From assembly GCF_009834535.1 (NCBI RefSeq), contig NC_045697.1, positions 14,076,001 through 14,140,000 of the forward strand: a stretch of DNA of 64,000 bases. Direction: 5' to 3'. The translations under genes and the position numbers were made by a program. Shown piece by piece: positions 39,383-50,430 of the stretch. The first letter of the stretch is position 1, and every line of letters begins with the position of its first letter. The notes beneath the pieces are model-generated. The model searched no databases and was not told the origin of the DNA. It was given only the letters and a program-made list of their open reading frames with translations. Source of the stretch: Camelus ferus (lineage: Eukaryota).

Positions 39383-41639
39383 TACCCACGATGTGCCAAG
39401 CACTGTGCTAGGCACTGAAAACACTTTACTCACAAATATAGTAATATTCGTTTGCTTTTTTTTTTTGTTACAAACTAATATCATTGTTTTAAGAAACAGT
39501 AAGTTCAGGAAAATGCAATCGCCTCATGTATTTTGTCATGTTAGCAAAATGCCTAGAAAGTGACAAGACCCACTATCATGAAACACAGCCAAAAGTGATA
39601 AACATTTTGTGGTTCATGGCATTAAAATGAAAATCCAAAATGCTGGGAACTCTTTTGAGGACCTTAATATATAGGTCTCATAGAGCTACCTAATGGTAGT
39701 TCAGAGTTTGTTTGCTAAAGGGAAAGAATTAAAATTATTTAATTTTAAAATGTGAATTTTTTCAAAAGAACTTTAATGTCTTATATTAAAATATTATAAA
39801 GTCAAGCAGACATTCTTTTAATATATATTAATTTTAAATGCTCATAATTTATGCAATCTTTAAAGAAATTAATTAATGAAACATTTAAGGCCACGTTGGG
39901 TAGAGTACCGGAAAGTGTACGATTTGTTAAGCCCAAATCTCTCATCAAGTAAATCAAAATTTACCGATTATATATGTCTGGTCTGCGGCTTTTTAAAATA
40001 GAGTTACCATTTGGAAGGGTTCCAGAAAGAAAGTTGCTTGTTTTGCTTCTGTTATCAATCCATGACTCTTTAGGATCTGTCTTTTTATTACATGGAAATT
40101 AATACAAGAGCATGAATTTGTACATGACCTTAAATATCAGATTCTCATTGTTTTATTTATTTATTTTTTAATTTTAAATCCGTGAATCATTTGAGAGTGT
40201 ATGAATATACTGAAGCTAAACAGGAGAAGATGAGGGTAATCATATTGGGCCACTGATGAAAATTTGTTAGAGTAAAATATCTATTAAAGAAGAGACTGAT
40301 TAAAGTTCAAGGAGAAGCCAAGGCAGAGAAAGCAGAGACAGTTCATCACTTGTATGTTCATAACAAACTGACGTTTTGTGTAAGTCTCACTGGTAGGATT
40401 TAGAACTTTACTTTCTTATTATGAAGATAGTATCTCAAAAATAACATTGGAACCTAAATGAAGATCAATATTTTCTTTTGCTTCAGACACTAGGTTCAGA
40501 AATAAAATATATCCCTTGAGTTGCCAGTTTCATATGGTTAATTTCTTTTCTTTTCTATAGAATGGACATAATTTAATTGAATTGAAACATAGTGATTCAT
40601 ATCCATTCAATACTAGACTCTCTGCCAAATCCTATGCTTAGCACTAGGGAATAAGAAAGAATAAATCAAGATCTAAGTCTGAGAGGGCCTACATGACTAC
40701 CAAGACAAACATTTCTTATTTACACACCAGGATGTCCTTCGTACAAGAATACACTCTCATTACGAAGAGAAAATCTTCAGGCTGAACATAGAAATAGACT
40801 TTCATACAGGAAAAAGTGTTTGCAAATAAAAAAGGACAGTGTATAAATCCACGCTGTTTCAGAATAGAAATTGATTATGGCCGTAACATATACAGCTCAT
40901 CATACCTGATCAACACTTACACTTTCTATTAATTCCAAAATAACCTCATTGGTTTCACATATTGTTCAGTTACCAGGTATTAGTATCAATATTGCTTTGC
41001 CAGCATCAACACTGAATAAAAATACTAAGATAATTTATTCTTTTTGTTGCAATAGTTTGAGAAAAGTCTTCAAATTGCTAGCCAGTGGCTTCTGCATGCA
41101 ATGAAAACTCTCTTTTGTGTGCAATTATAAGAAACTATAGTTCAGAGTTAATGTGTGTCTGGTGAGTGTGAATTCCTTTAAAAAATGTTATTCCCAAAGT
41201 CACATTTCAGTATGCTGTGTACTCTAAAGATTTTAGCTGTATAAAGTCAGCATAAATTTTGAGAGTGGTAAAAGGGGTCATTTGAAAACAAATCCCTTTG
41301 AGAAGTGAAACCTTTTAGTTCAAACATCAGGATATGTTTTAATGGTGTTTGAAAAAAAATCTCATTTCACTTGAGTGCAGAAAAAAATGCTAGAGGGTTT
41401 TGAATAACATGAGCCAACTAATTCGGTGCTTTATAGGTCCTTCATAAAGTGGGTTTTTTTTCTATGTGGACTTAATTCAAATCACTTGGATTAATTCTTG
41501 TATCATTCAATACATTGCAAAACTGGATCATAAAGAGAGTCAGTGAATGTTCTAGATCTGTAGCTGTCATGCCCTCCTTTACTGAGACGCTAATATTAAT
41601 CCCCCAACCCCTGAACACCCCACATCCCACCACTGATAG

Positions 41640-41870
41640 TCATAGCCACCAGCTGACCTAAAGTGGCCTTACAGATGTATCTTGCCTAATCCAAACAGAC
41701 TTGACCCACAGACTCTACAATATTTGAGTTAGTTTCCAGTATTTAAAAATTAGAAGAATTGATCTAAAAATTTCCATTTCTAGATTCTCTTGAGAAAGTC
41801 AGATTATTTGGCAGCCTTCCATTGCAGCAGAGCAGCAGTCCCTTGGAGCTGAATATTCATTGCTTACAAC
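41640..41870. mobile_element. MER103C-like hAT-Charlie relic
   Basis: tttaaaaattagaaga...aaaaatttccatttctagattctcttgagaaagtcagattatttggcagc resembles MER103C as I recall it. Confidence 0.55.
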
Positions 41871-43233
41871 AGAGAATAGCATGACTAGCTGACCGAGGTC
41901 CTCCTGGTTCCCAGCTGTCTATCTGCTCTTCTCCGTCTCTCTTCTCCACTGTGTTTCTTTATCGGTCGCCCGCTTCTCTCATGCATATTGTCTTCCTGGC
42001 CTCTGTAGGCAAGTAAATGTGCAACCTCTAATTGAGACCCTTCTCTGATATCAAACATCAGCCCTGAGCCTGCCTTTCTTGTGTCCTTCAGCAACTTGCC
42101 TCGTTTAGTCACCACCCCACTGTATCGTCTTTAGACTTGAATCATTTGCCATCTGCACACTCTACTCACACATCCCTGAGATGACTGGTCTCCTCGCTGT
42201 CCTGCCACAATCAGACTTTTCCAAAGGGGGTGGGGACGATATCTCTCTTCTAAATCTTATTCACTTTGAGTTTTTGTGATTTGTGTAATTCCTCTCCCCA
42301 TTTGGACTATATGCTATTTTGGGACAGGATTTGTGCCTGATTTATTTTTAGAATGTTCCATGTTTCCATAAAAATAAGAATCATTCAGGAAATATTTGAT
42401 GAATGAAACAGGAGGAGGAAGTGTATAGTCATAATAATTCAACTAACAATGCTTGTTGTGTTAGAGGGGAAAGTAGGAAACATTTGAACCAAGCAAGAAT
42501 TATGCTTATTTTCACCGTAGCTCCCTTGACCCCCCATCTTCTTGACTCTCGCTTCAGGAAATCATGGTCACCATCACCGAGCACTGAACAAAGAACAGGA
42601 TACATGGCTGCAATTAAAACCTGCTAGACTATATTACGCTTTTACTGTACTGCTACAGCATGTCACTTCATCCTTACCTAATGCAAGTACCAAATACAGA
42701 TATTGTTCTTACTACTCAAATTTCAGCAGCGGCTGATGTCCGCAGTAAAGAACAGTGACCAGGACTCTGTTCCAGGACCTGTCAGAACTGATTCTGCGCC
42801 ACTCCCGTGAGATTTCAGTCGGAGAATTCACATTGGTTCATTTACTCTCAGACACCAGTTATACGTAGTACCCCTCAGATGAAGTGTAATTGTTCAGTTT
42901 TTCCAGCCATGACTGTCTCAGGTTCATTCCTTAACCAATATCGTAAGTAGACATGTATGTACACAGGGCGTAAAGCAACATGGTCGAAGCTGCTATGGCT
43001 AAAGCCATAAATTTGTAATCAATGTATGATGACTGCAGAGGAATGTGTTAAAGTGTGAAGTGTATTTACCGTCGTGTGTGTAACAGAGAGCATTCCTGGT
43101 GCCATCTTTACCAGGTGCTTGTCCTGCTGTCTTGGAGAAACAGAATCATAAGAAGTTTCCTCTCTGTTAATATATGGAGTACTCAATAAATATTCATATT
43201 TCTAAAATTTCTAACTTTTTTTTTACTCTACAG

Positions 43234-43305
43234 CACTCTCAACAATAACAACATTACTAGACTTTCTGTGGCAAGTTTCAACCACATGCCCAAACTTAGG
43301 ACCTT
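43234..43305 (+). CDS. SLIT2: SLIT2 coding exon (approx. exon 7), one [26 protein letters not shown](F)
   Basis: ctaac branch-like motif, T-tract and ctacag acceptor, 72 nt, donor TT/gtaagt. Contains an N-I-T glycosylation sequon. Confidence 0.97.
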
Positions 43306-45934
43306 GTAAGTAGCTGCAATGTGCATCAAGTCAATTTAACCAATTAATGATTCCCCTTAGGCTATATTTTTAGTATGCAAAGAACAGTACCATTAGCTCA
43401 TCATGAGGTAGACAAGGGAAACACCGCTTTTTAAAAAGTTCTAGATACGATATTTGAGTAAATGAACTATTACTCTGAAAACGTGAAAGCTTTCTTTTAA
43501 TTGATAATGTGTTACGGGAAGTTGAGGCGGGTAGAAAAACGTTTACTTTGAGCTATTGTGGAGGTCACATTTCATTAAGAAATGGAAAGCTCCTTGATTG
43601 GCTGTCAGAAATGATAAATGGTAAATCTTTATGATTTTATTACTGTACAACCAGCAATCCTAATACAGCTAAACTGGCCCTGCAGTACTCTTTGTAATGT
43701 AAAATTACAGCCTCACCCTTTAGTGCTTCTATAATTAAGGTTGTGCCAGCGTCTATATTTAAATATATCTTTTCAGGGGTTACAGATGGACATTAAAATA
43801 TTTTAGGTGAATAAAAAGGATTCTCTGATAAAGTATTTGCTACAGCTATCTTTTTCTCTTAGAGGAAAATTAATCCTCAAAACCCAGGGTGGAGTATTTA
43901 GTGAAAGCATTTTCAGAGATAAATCTCATTTGAACTGGGTTTCAGAATCACCTTGACCTAAAAAATATATACAATATGTGAGACATGCTGGGAAACATAA
44001 CCAAAGCATTGGACTTCTTGACAAAAGTGTGTTTTTAAGTAGGGTAAATATATTTTGATCAGGTTTTCAAAATATTTTTATTATCACTGAAAGCATAACA
44101 TTTATTTCCTCTCCAATAAAAAATTAATTAGATCACCACTTTTTAATGAATTAGATAGCACCAATTTCAGTGTCATTTTTTCTCACAAAAATTTAGCTCT
44201 TTACAGGATATCATTATTATAATTTCCTTGGAATACAATTTAGCAAACTACAGTCATTATAAAAGTAAGTAGACGTAACTAAATTTTGTTTTCTTGGGGC
44301 TGTTAGATTAAGACTAATCTGGCCAGATGAACAGCCCAGTTGACTCAAACTATATTTGATGAAATTGGTTTCTCATTAGCTTTAGCTAATTTTTTAAAAA
44401 ACAAACTGATCAAGCTTTCAATCCTTGAAAAACTAACGCCTGTAAGTTAAGACTTACTAAGTCTGTAAAAACACCTAAGACTGTAGATGTCTAAAGACTG
44501 TAAAAACATCTGTCATCTGCATTTTTGACAGTGGGTTTTATTTTCCTGTAGAAATCCACTACAGTTTGTCTTACTAATCAGGTTTTTACATTTTTGTGTT
44601 CCTTTCTCATTTCTGATGTGTGCACATCTAATTGAATCATCATAATGTGCCTGGTTTAGATGGAAATATTTAGAGAACAATGATGTGGAATGTGTTTTGT
44701 GGCCTCCAAAGAATGCCACTCTGCCCTCCAAGCAAACTTTGCCAGAGGTCATCCAGCCTTCCCAAAATGTCCCTTTTTGTCCTGTGGCATGCCGTCTAGT
44801 TTGAGCGAGACAGTCTGTTCCATATCTCCAGGCTCAAGGAGAATGTAAAACAGTCGTCTAACTTTAAATTCCCTTGCTTTGGTTGTTTCATTATTCTATA
44901 TTATCATTGCTACTTAAAAATTCCATTTTTATGGTCCAATTATCTTTCTGGACTGGGTTCCATGTTTTAATATCCATTACTGTTATTGGGTTAGAATTGA
45001 GCACATCAGCTAAAAAGGACTAAAATGGTATTACTGTGTCATAGATGATTCTGGGAATGATGCTTTGATTTATAGCTTTGGATGTCCTTTTCTTTAGTTT
45101 GAGAAAACATAAAAGGCAGTTTGAAGTCATTTACCTAATTTAGTGGATACATTTGTCTGATATTTTATTAATGGAGAAGTGCTATTTGCCACTTGGACGG
45201 GACCCATGATCTGCTGTGGATCCCTGCCAGCCGAGAGGGGGCTCGCTTAATTCCTTCACTCCCAGCCATTTATGTCTTTTAATTTCAGGTCCTATTCTTT
45301 GAGGATATGTCCCCAAGAGCCAAAAGCAGCTAATCCCCTTTCCTGCGCTTAAACAAAAAGAAGGAAATCAGAATAGGGATGTGAAAAAGAAGTGGTTTAT
45401 ATTGAATTATTATTCTCTCTGGTTCAGCAAAAAATAAAATATATATATATATATATGAAAGTGACCTGCTAAAAAGGTTTTGCAAGCAGTTTTCTACAAA
45501 GCGAATACTGGCAAGGCTAACTGGTACTTCAAACTGGGAGCCACAACTTTTATGAACGTACCTCCTCCCCCCGTCTGACCCCTGACCTCCCCACTGCCCC
45601 ACCCCACCACAGCGGGCTGTCAGCATGTCGGGGCTGCAGAGCAGTCTGCCTTGGGCTGATTTGTGTCTCTTTGCCCCTTTGAATCAAAAAGGTTTTTAGG
45701 GTCACGTTCAAGCTTCTGTATATTTGTTTAGCTCAGAGGTAGGTGAAGAGGGACCTCAGTCTGTGGTTGGAAACCAGTTTAATGTTTAGAAAAATAATTC
45801 AATTGGCACTTATTTAGCTCTGCCTACTTATATGTTATCAGAGAGAAAGTGATATGTTATTATGAATGAATTTGCCTAGTTTCGAAATAACTATTTTCTG
45901 TTTTCTTGCTTTAAACTTCTTTGCTCTCGTGTAG

Positions 45935-46098
45935 TCGACTGCATTCGAACAACCTGTACTGTGACTGCCACCTGGCCTGGCTCTCTGACTGGCTGCGCCA
46001 GCGGCCCCGGGTGGGCCTCTACACGCAGTGTATGGGGCCGTCCCACCTGCGGGGCCACAATGTAGCTGAGGTTCAAAAGCGGGAGTTTGTCTGCAGCG
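45935..46098 (+). CDS. SLIT2: SLIT2 coding exon (approx. exon 8), LRRCT cap of domain 1: [54 protein letters not shown]
   Basis: Acceptor gtgtag, 164 nt, donor CG/gtaagg. Four-cysteine LRRCT pattern visible in ORF 45921..46145. Junction TT+T = Phe. Confidence 0.98.
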
Positions 46099-46599
46099 GT
46101 AAGGGGGAAAGAAGCTTCCCGTTCCCGTATTCCTGTCTGCTGTGATGTCAGGAATTGTGCAGAGTGCATGCTCTTGCAGGGTTTCATTGTTGCTCACTAA
46201 CATGTGCAGGGGCGCACTAATCACTCTGCAGAGCTCCTCTGTGCCAGCGAAGACAGTCAGACGCTCTACACGTTTGTGCATGATTGGCAACTTCTGATGA
46301 CTTGTGCCTAAGTTATGATGAAAGAGGTTCCAGTTTTCACTCCAAGAGAAATATAAGACGTTCCTAGATTATGGTTCTATTTGTTCATTGTTTTCCCTTG
46401 AAGTAACCTTTGGTATCTACTTTTATGTTAACGATGGGGAAAATGCTGAACTAATCCTGGATCCCGGATGCAAAAGTCAAAAAATTAATAGAACTATAGT
46501 TGCAAAGTGACAAAGTACTTTGCATACTGGTGGTTCAGTTCTACCTAAAAGAGGTAAATGACTAGCCCTATAGTAACAAAAATCTGAAAATAAAAATAA

Positions 46600-46805
46600 G
46601 GCGTTCAGTTAGGTCTTTCTATGTGCTTAAGCACCACTCTAAGCATGTCACATATATTTACCTCATTTTTACCTCCCTCATAACAGCTGTGGAGAAATGT
46701 AATGTTATCTTTCTGTTAGAGATTAAAATGCTGAGAAAAGGAAAGTCCAAGGTTATACAATTGAGTTCAAGGATCCCAACCAAGGCAGTCTGATGCCCAG
46801 TCCAC
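46600..46805. mobile_element. MIR SINE, degraded
   Basis: gcaccactctaagcatgtcacatatatttacctcattt...ccaaggttatacaa...ggatcccaaccaaggcagtctgatgcc. Confidence 0.6.
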
Positions 46806-47187
46806 ATAAATTGTATGTTAATATATTATACAAATAGTAATATATAATTATTTTGTAGAGCTAGGGCTTTGTGTGCTTCGGGAGTGTCTGTTCAAAATAC
46901 AATAAAATGAAATTTTAAAGTACATATAATGGATCATAAATAGCAATTTCTTAAAGGAAAGTGAGAAGACATGCTAGTTCAGGATTCTGTTTTATTGCTG
47001 TCCTTTAGACCTTTTTATGTATTTTCTCATGCTTTTTGTAACCCAAACAAAATTTTCTTATAATGTCACAAAATGTTCTCAGTAGGTCTGATTGCTTTAA
47101 ATAAAAAAAAAGTTGAATAATGAAATGACTAACAGTTCATTACTAACCACTTTTTTCTCTCTTCACTTTTTCCTTCCTGTTTTCTAG

Positions 47188-47199
47188 ATGAGGAAGAAG
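47188..47199 (+). CDS. SLIT2: SLIT2 alternative 12-nt microexon encoding DEEE, GC-AG intron donor
   Basis: TACTAAC at 47141-47147, long polypyrimidine tract ending ttctag, exon ATGAGGAAGAAG, donor AAG/gcaagt. Frame-preserving (phase 1-1), giving CS-DEEE-GHQSF, which I recall as a reported SLIT2 isoform insert. Confidence 0.9.
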
Positions 47200-48135
47200 G
47201 CAAGTTCACGTTTCTTGTTTAGACTGAAACTATTTTTGTACAGTGTGAGAGTTTATTGAGAGGGATCGGGTTAGTAACTGGCCTGCAGCCTCTTCCCTGC
47301 GTCTCACCAGCATGGGGGCCCTTTCCCTGCAGGTCGGAGAGGGCTGTCTCCGCTGCAAGGACAAGCCCAGCATTGGCCCACTTGGTACAGGATGCCTGAC
47401 AGTCTGTTGCTCACCATTTGAACAGCAAAATTTCAAATCTGAGTAGTAAAAATATATACCTGCATGCAATGACTTCGGCTAAAATTTTAAGCTATATGAA
47501 GTCAAAAAAAGGAAACCACCTAGGGCATCGTTAAAACTAACAGAATGACATGGTACCAGTTATTACAACAAAGAAAGCAGTCATTGTGAACCTAACCAAA
47601 CAATCAAACAGCATCATCTATTTTCCCCCCATACGTATTGGCACCTGTTTTCTTATTGAGAGTCAACACTTACGTCTACCAAGAGGGAAGTTTTAAAGCT
47701 TTCCTTTCTTTTTTGTGAGATGAAGTAAGTTAAGCTACGTAAGTTCAATAAAGAGTAAGCTCTATCTAAGCTTATTAGAAATGAAATATAGGTTAGTCTG
47801 AAATTGCTGCTCTTTTTGGAACTCATAATAGTTTTGAATAGAATCCTAGTTTCGAATCAGAATTTAGCCTTTCTCACAAAGATTTCAAATTTTCAAAATG
47901 ATCATTTTTGTAAATTTGCTTTAAAGATCTCATTTGTTTTATCTGGTTGACCCAAAGACATAAATGCATGCTTCCTAAAATATATTTTAGACATACAATA
48001 TCATTTTATGATCAGGTATTTAGAGGAATGCATTTGTGTTAAATAAGATGCTTTGTCATTTGAGCTAAGTTTGCATGTTTCACAATTAGGACATTCAGGA
48101 GGAAAACATGTAACTTCGGTTTGTTTCTTTTTCAG

Positions 48136-48274
48136 GGCACCAGTCATTTATGGCTCCTTCTTGCAGTGTTTTGCACTGTCCGGCCGCTTGTACCTGTAGC
48201 AACAATATCGTAGACTGCCGTGGGAAAGGTCTCACTGAGATCCCCACGAATCTGCCAGAGACCATCACGGAAAT
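48136..48274 (+). CDS. SLIT2: SLIT2 coding exon (approx. exon 9), linker and LRRNT cap of domain 2: [46 protein letters not shown](I)
   Basis: Acceptor tttttcag, 139 nt, donor AT/gtatgt. CPxxCxC...VDC LRRNT motif. Confidence 0.98.
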
Positions 48275-49509
48275 GTATGTGCCCTGAATTCCCTCTTACC
48301 CCTCCATCTCCCCAGTGACCCAAACCATGACTTTCTTTAGGAGATTCTGGGTTTATCAAAGGCCAGTGTGGTCAATCAGCTTACACAAATGTTCCTTACA
48401 GAATTGTATTGACCCTTACTCTGTTTAATTACGTATCTTGTTGAAGTGACTAGGATTTTTTCTTTTTTCTTTCTTTTTTTTTTAACACAGGTAGAATTAA
48501 AAGGAATGCATTTTAAGAGCAAACAGTACTTTCCTTTTTTTTCAGAAGGTGTTATTAGATTCCTTAGGAAAAATAAGAGTATGTGTATCCTATCTGTCCG
48601 ATTGTTTCTGTACATCTGCTCCTGTCCATTTCTAGCTTGGAATTGGGGGGAAATAAATGAAAAACCAAGCCGGGGTAGTAAATCATAGGAACAAGATAAC
48701 TAGGTGATGTCTGCCTTCTCAAGAGCTCACGTTTTAAAGTGCAGTTTCACTGTTTTGTTCTGTTGTATAGTCTACCACAGAGTGTAAAAAAGATAATGTT
48801 GTAAGTCAAAGTATATAAGATTTTTTAATTAGTCAGTATTTTAGCTTAATTGAGCCAGTAACTATCTCCATCAAACGTTAAATTCTTTGGACAAGATATC
48901 TCCTACCTAGTTTGTATGCAGCTGCGGGTTCATTTCTCTGTCCTTGCCAAATATAAGTCAGGTGAATTAAACAAGGTCACATAAGATGTAAAGTGGACTG
49001 CTTTTAGCATCTTGAGAAGTAAACATTAGGCAAAGTCTCAATATCCATTAACGAAGAAAACACCTCTTAACCCCCCAAGTGTATATTGTATCATTTTAGA
49101 AGTTAATTCTAAATCTGAATTAAATAAATTTTGGGGGCATATTTGGTTGGAATAATAACATAGGATTAACTTCTGGTGATAGATCTACATGTGGGCACCA
49201 AAAAATTAAATTATTTTCAAAAACTATTCATTATTTTTTCACCAGTTAACTGCTCTAATTTTCCTTATATAAGAATAACCTTAATTCACAAAACCCAATA
49301 ACACTATTTTGAAATAATTAATACATGCTTAAAAATGTGCTTTGAGCTTTGCAGTGTAAGACATGATCCTTGTAGGAACTCTAGAATCCGTGGAGATTTG
49401 ACAGAGACATGGAATAATGGATGCACATAATAATATTATTCTCATCAAATTTTTAATTGCTGGAACACTACCTTGCCCATAAAAGACATTTGTTTTCTTG
49501 AACTCTCTC

Positions 49510-50430
49510 AGGTACCAAACACCAGGGAAACAAAGTTAGAAAGGTAGGTCGGAGCTAATTCATGGAGGACCTTGATAGGATAAGGATCTAAGTCTTTCTT
49601 TAGGAGGCATTTGAACACAGAAGTTTGAATCTCCCAGAAGAATTGATCTGACAGCTGTGCACCAGTGGTTTGGCAAAAGGAGAGAATACCAGGCACGGGG
49701 CCTCTTAGGAGACTGTTACAGTGGTTGAGGTGAGATGTCATAAGAGCAGGAGCTAGTAAGTAATAGTAGGAATGATGGTGCAGAAGCAGATATGGTAGCT
49801 AATACAGAAGCAGAATTAATAGGATGTGGCATTTGATGAGATGAGAGAATGATGGAAAAAAATTTAACCAAAGATGATGCCAAAATGTCAAGTACGAGAG
49901 ATGAAGAGATGATGGTTATCACATTGCATGTAAGAAGCTGAGGAGCAGGACCAAAACTGGGAAGGAAGATGGTGGTGAGAAAAATTTATGCAAGATGGAA
50001 ATTCCAATAAGATATTCAGAGATATTAAAATAATACAGACTATCATCATTTGGAGCAAGACGGGATTTGAGGCAAAGATTTAGGAGTAATTAATACTATA
50101 AAAAACAAAGTAGATGGTTAAAGCCATCAAATGGCCAATGGAAGGAAGAGCAAGAGAGGAGAAACCCAAGGGAACTGAATGAAAACTGCAGAGGGCCATG
50201 ATGGGTAAGGGGCTTCTAGGAAAAATGATCTGCAGAGTCAGATACTCTGGCTGATTAACCAAGAGGGGATTTGAGAGCAGGTCTTAGAGTTTGAGCAGCA
50301 TGTTGTTCTTGGAGGATTCAATATAGAGTGATAGGTAAGTAAGCCGCTCTCCAGAGTGTTAAGAAAGGTCGTCGATGACAAATATTGAAGAGAGTAGATA
50401 TGGAGCAGTTTGAAGAGTTTGGCTGAGAAC
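49510..50430 (-). mobile_element. Degraded L2 LINE
   Basis: Purine-rich stretch with L2-like phrases (gttacagtggttgaggtgagatg, gatgatgccaaaatgtcaag, gtagatggttaaagccat). Confidence 0.6.

Noticed and set aside
45838..46290. 150-aa minus-strand ORF overlapping the LRRCT exon
   Set aside because: Explained as the antisense shadow of a GC-rich coding exon that is depleted of stop codons.
47188..47190. ATG at the start of the microexon as an internal translation start
   Set aside because: It is out of frame with SLIT2 (the reading is G|AT GAG) and there is no promoter evidence.
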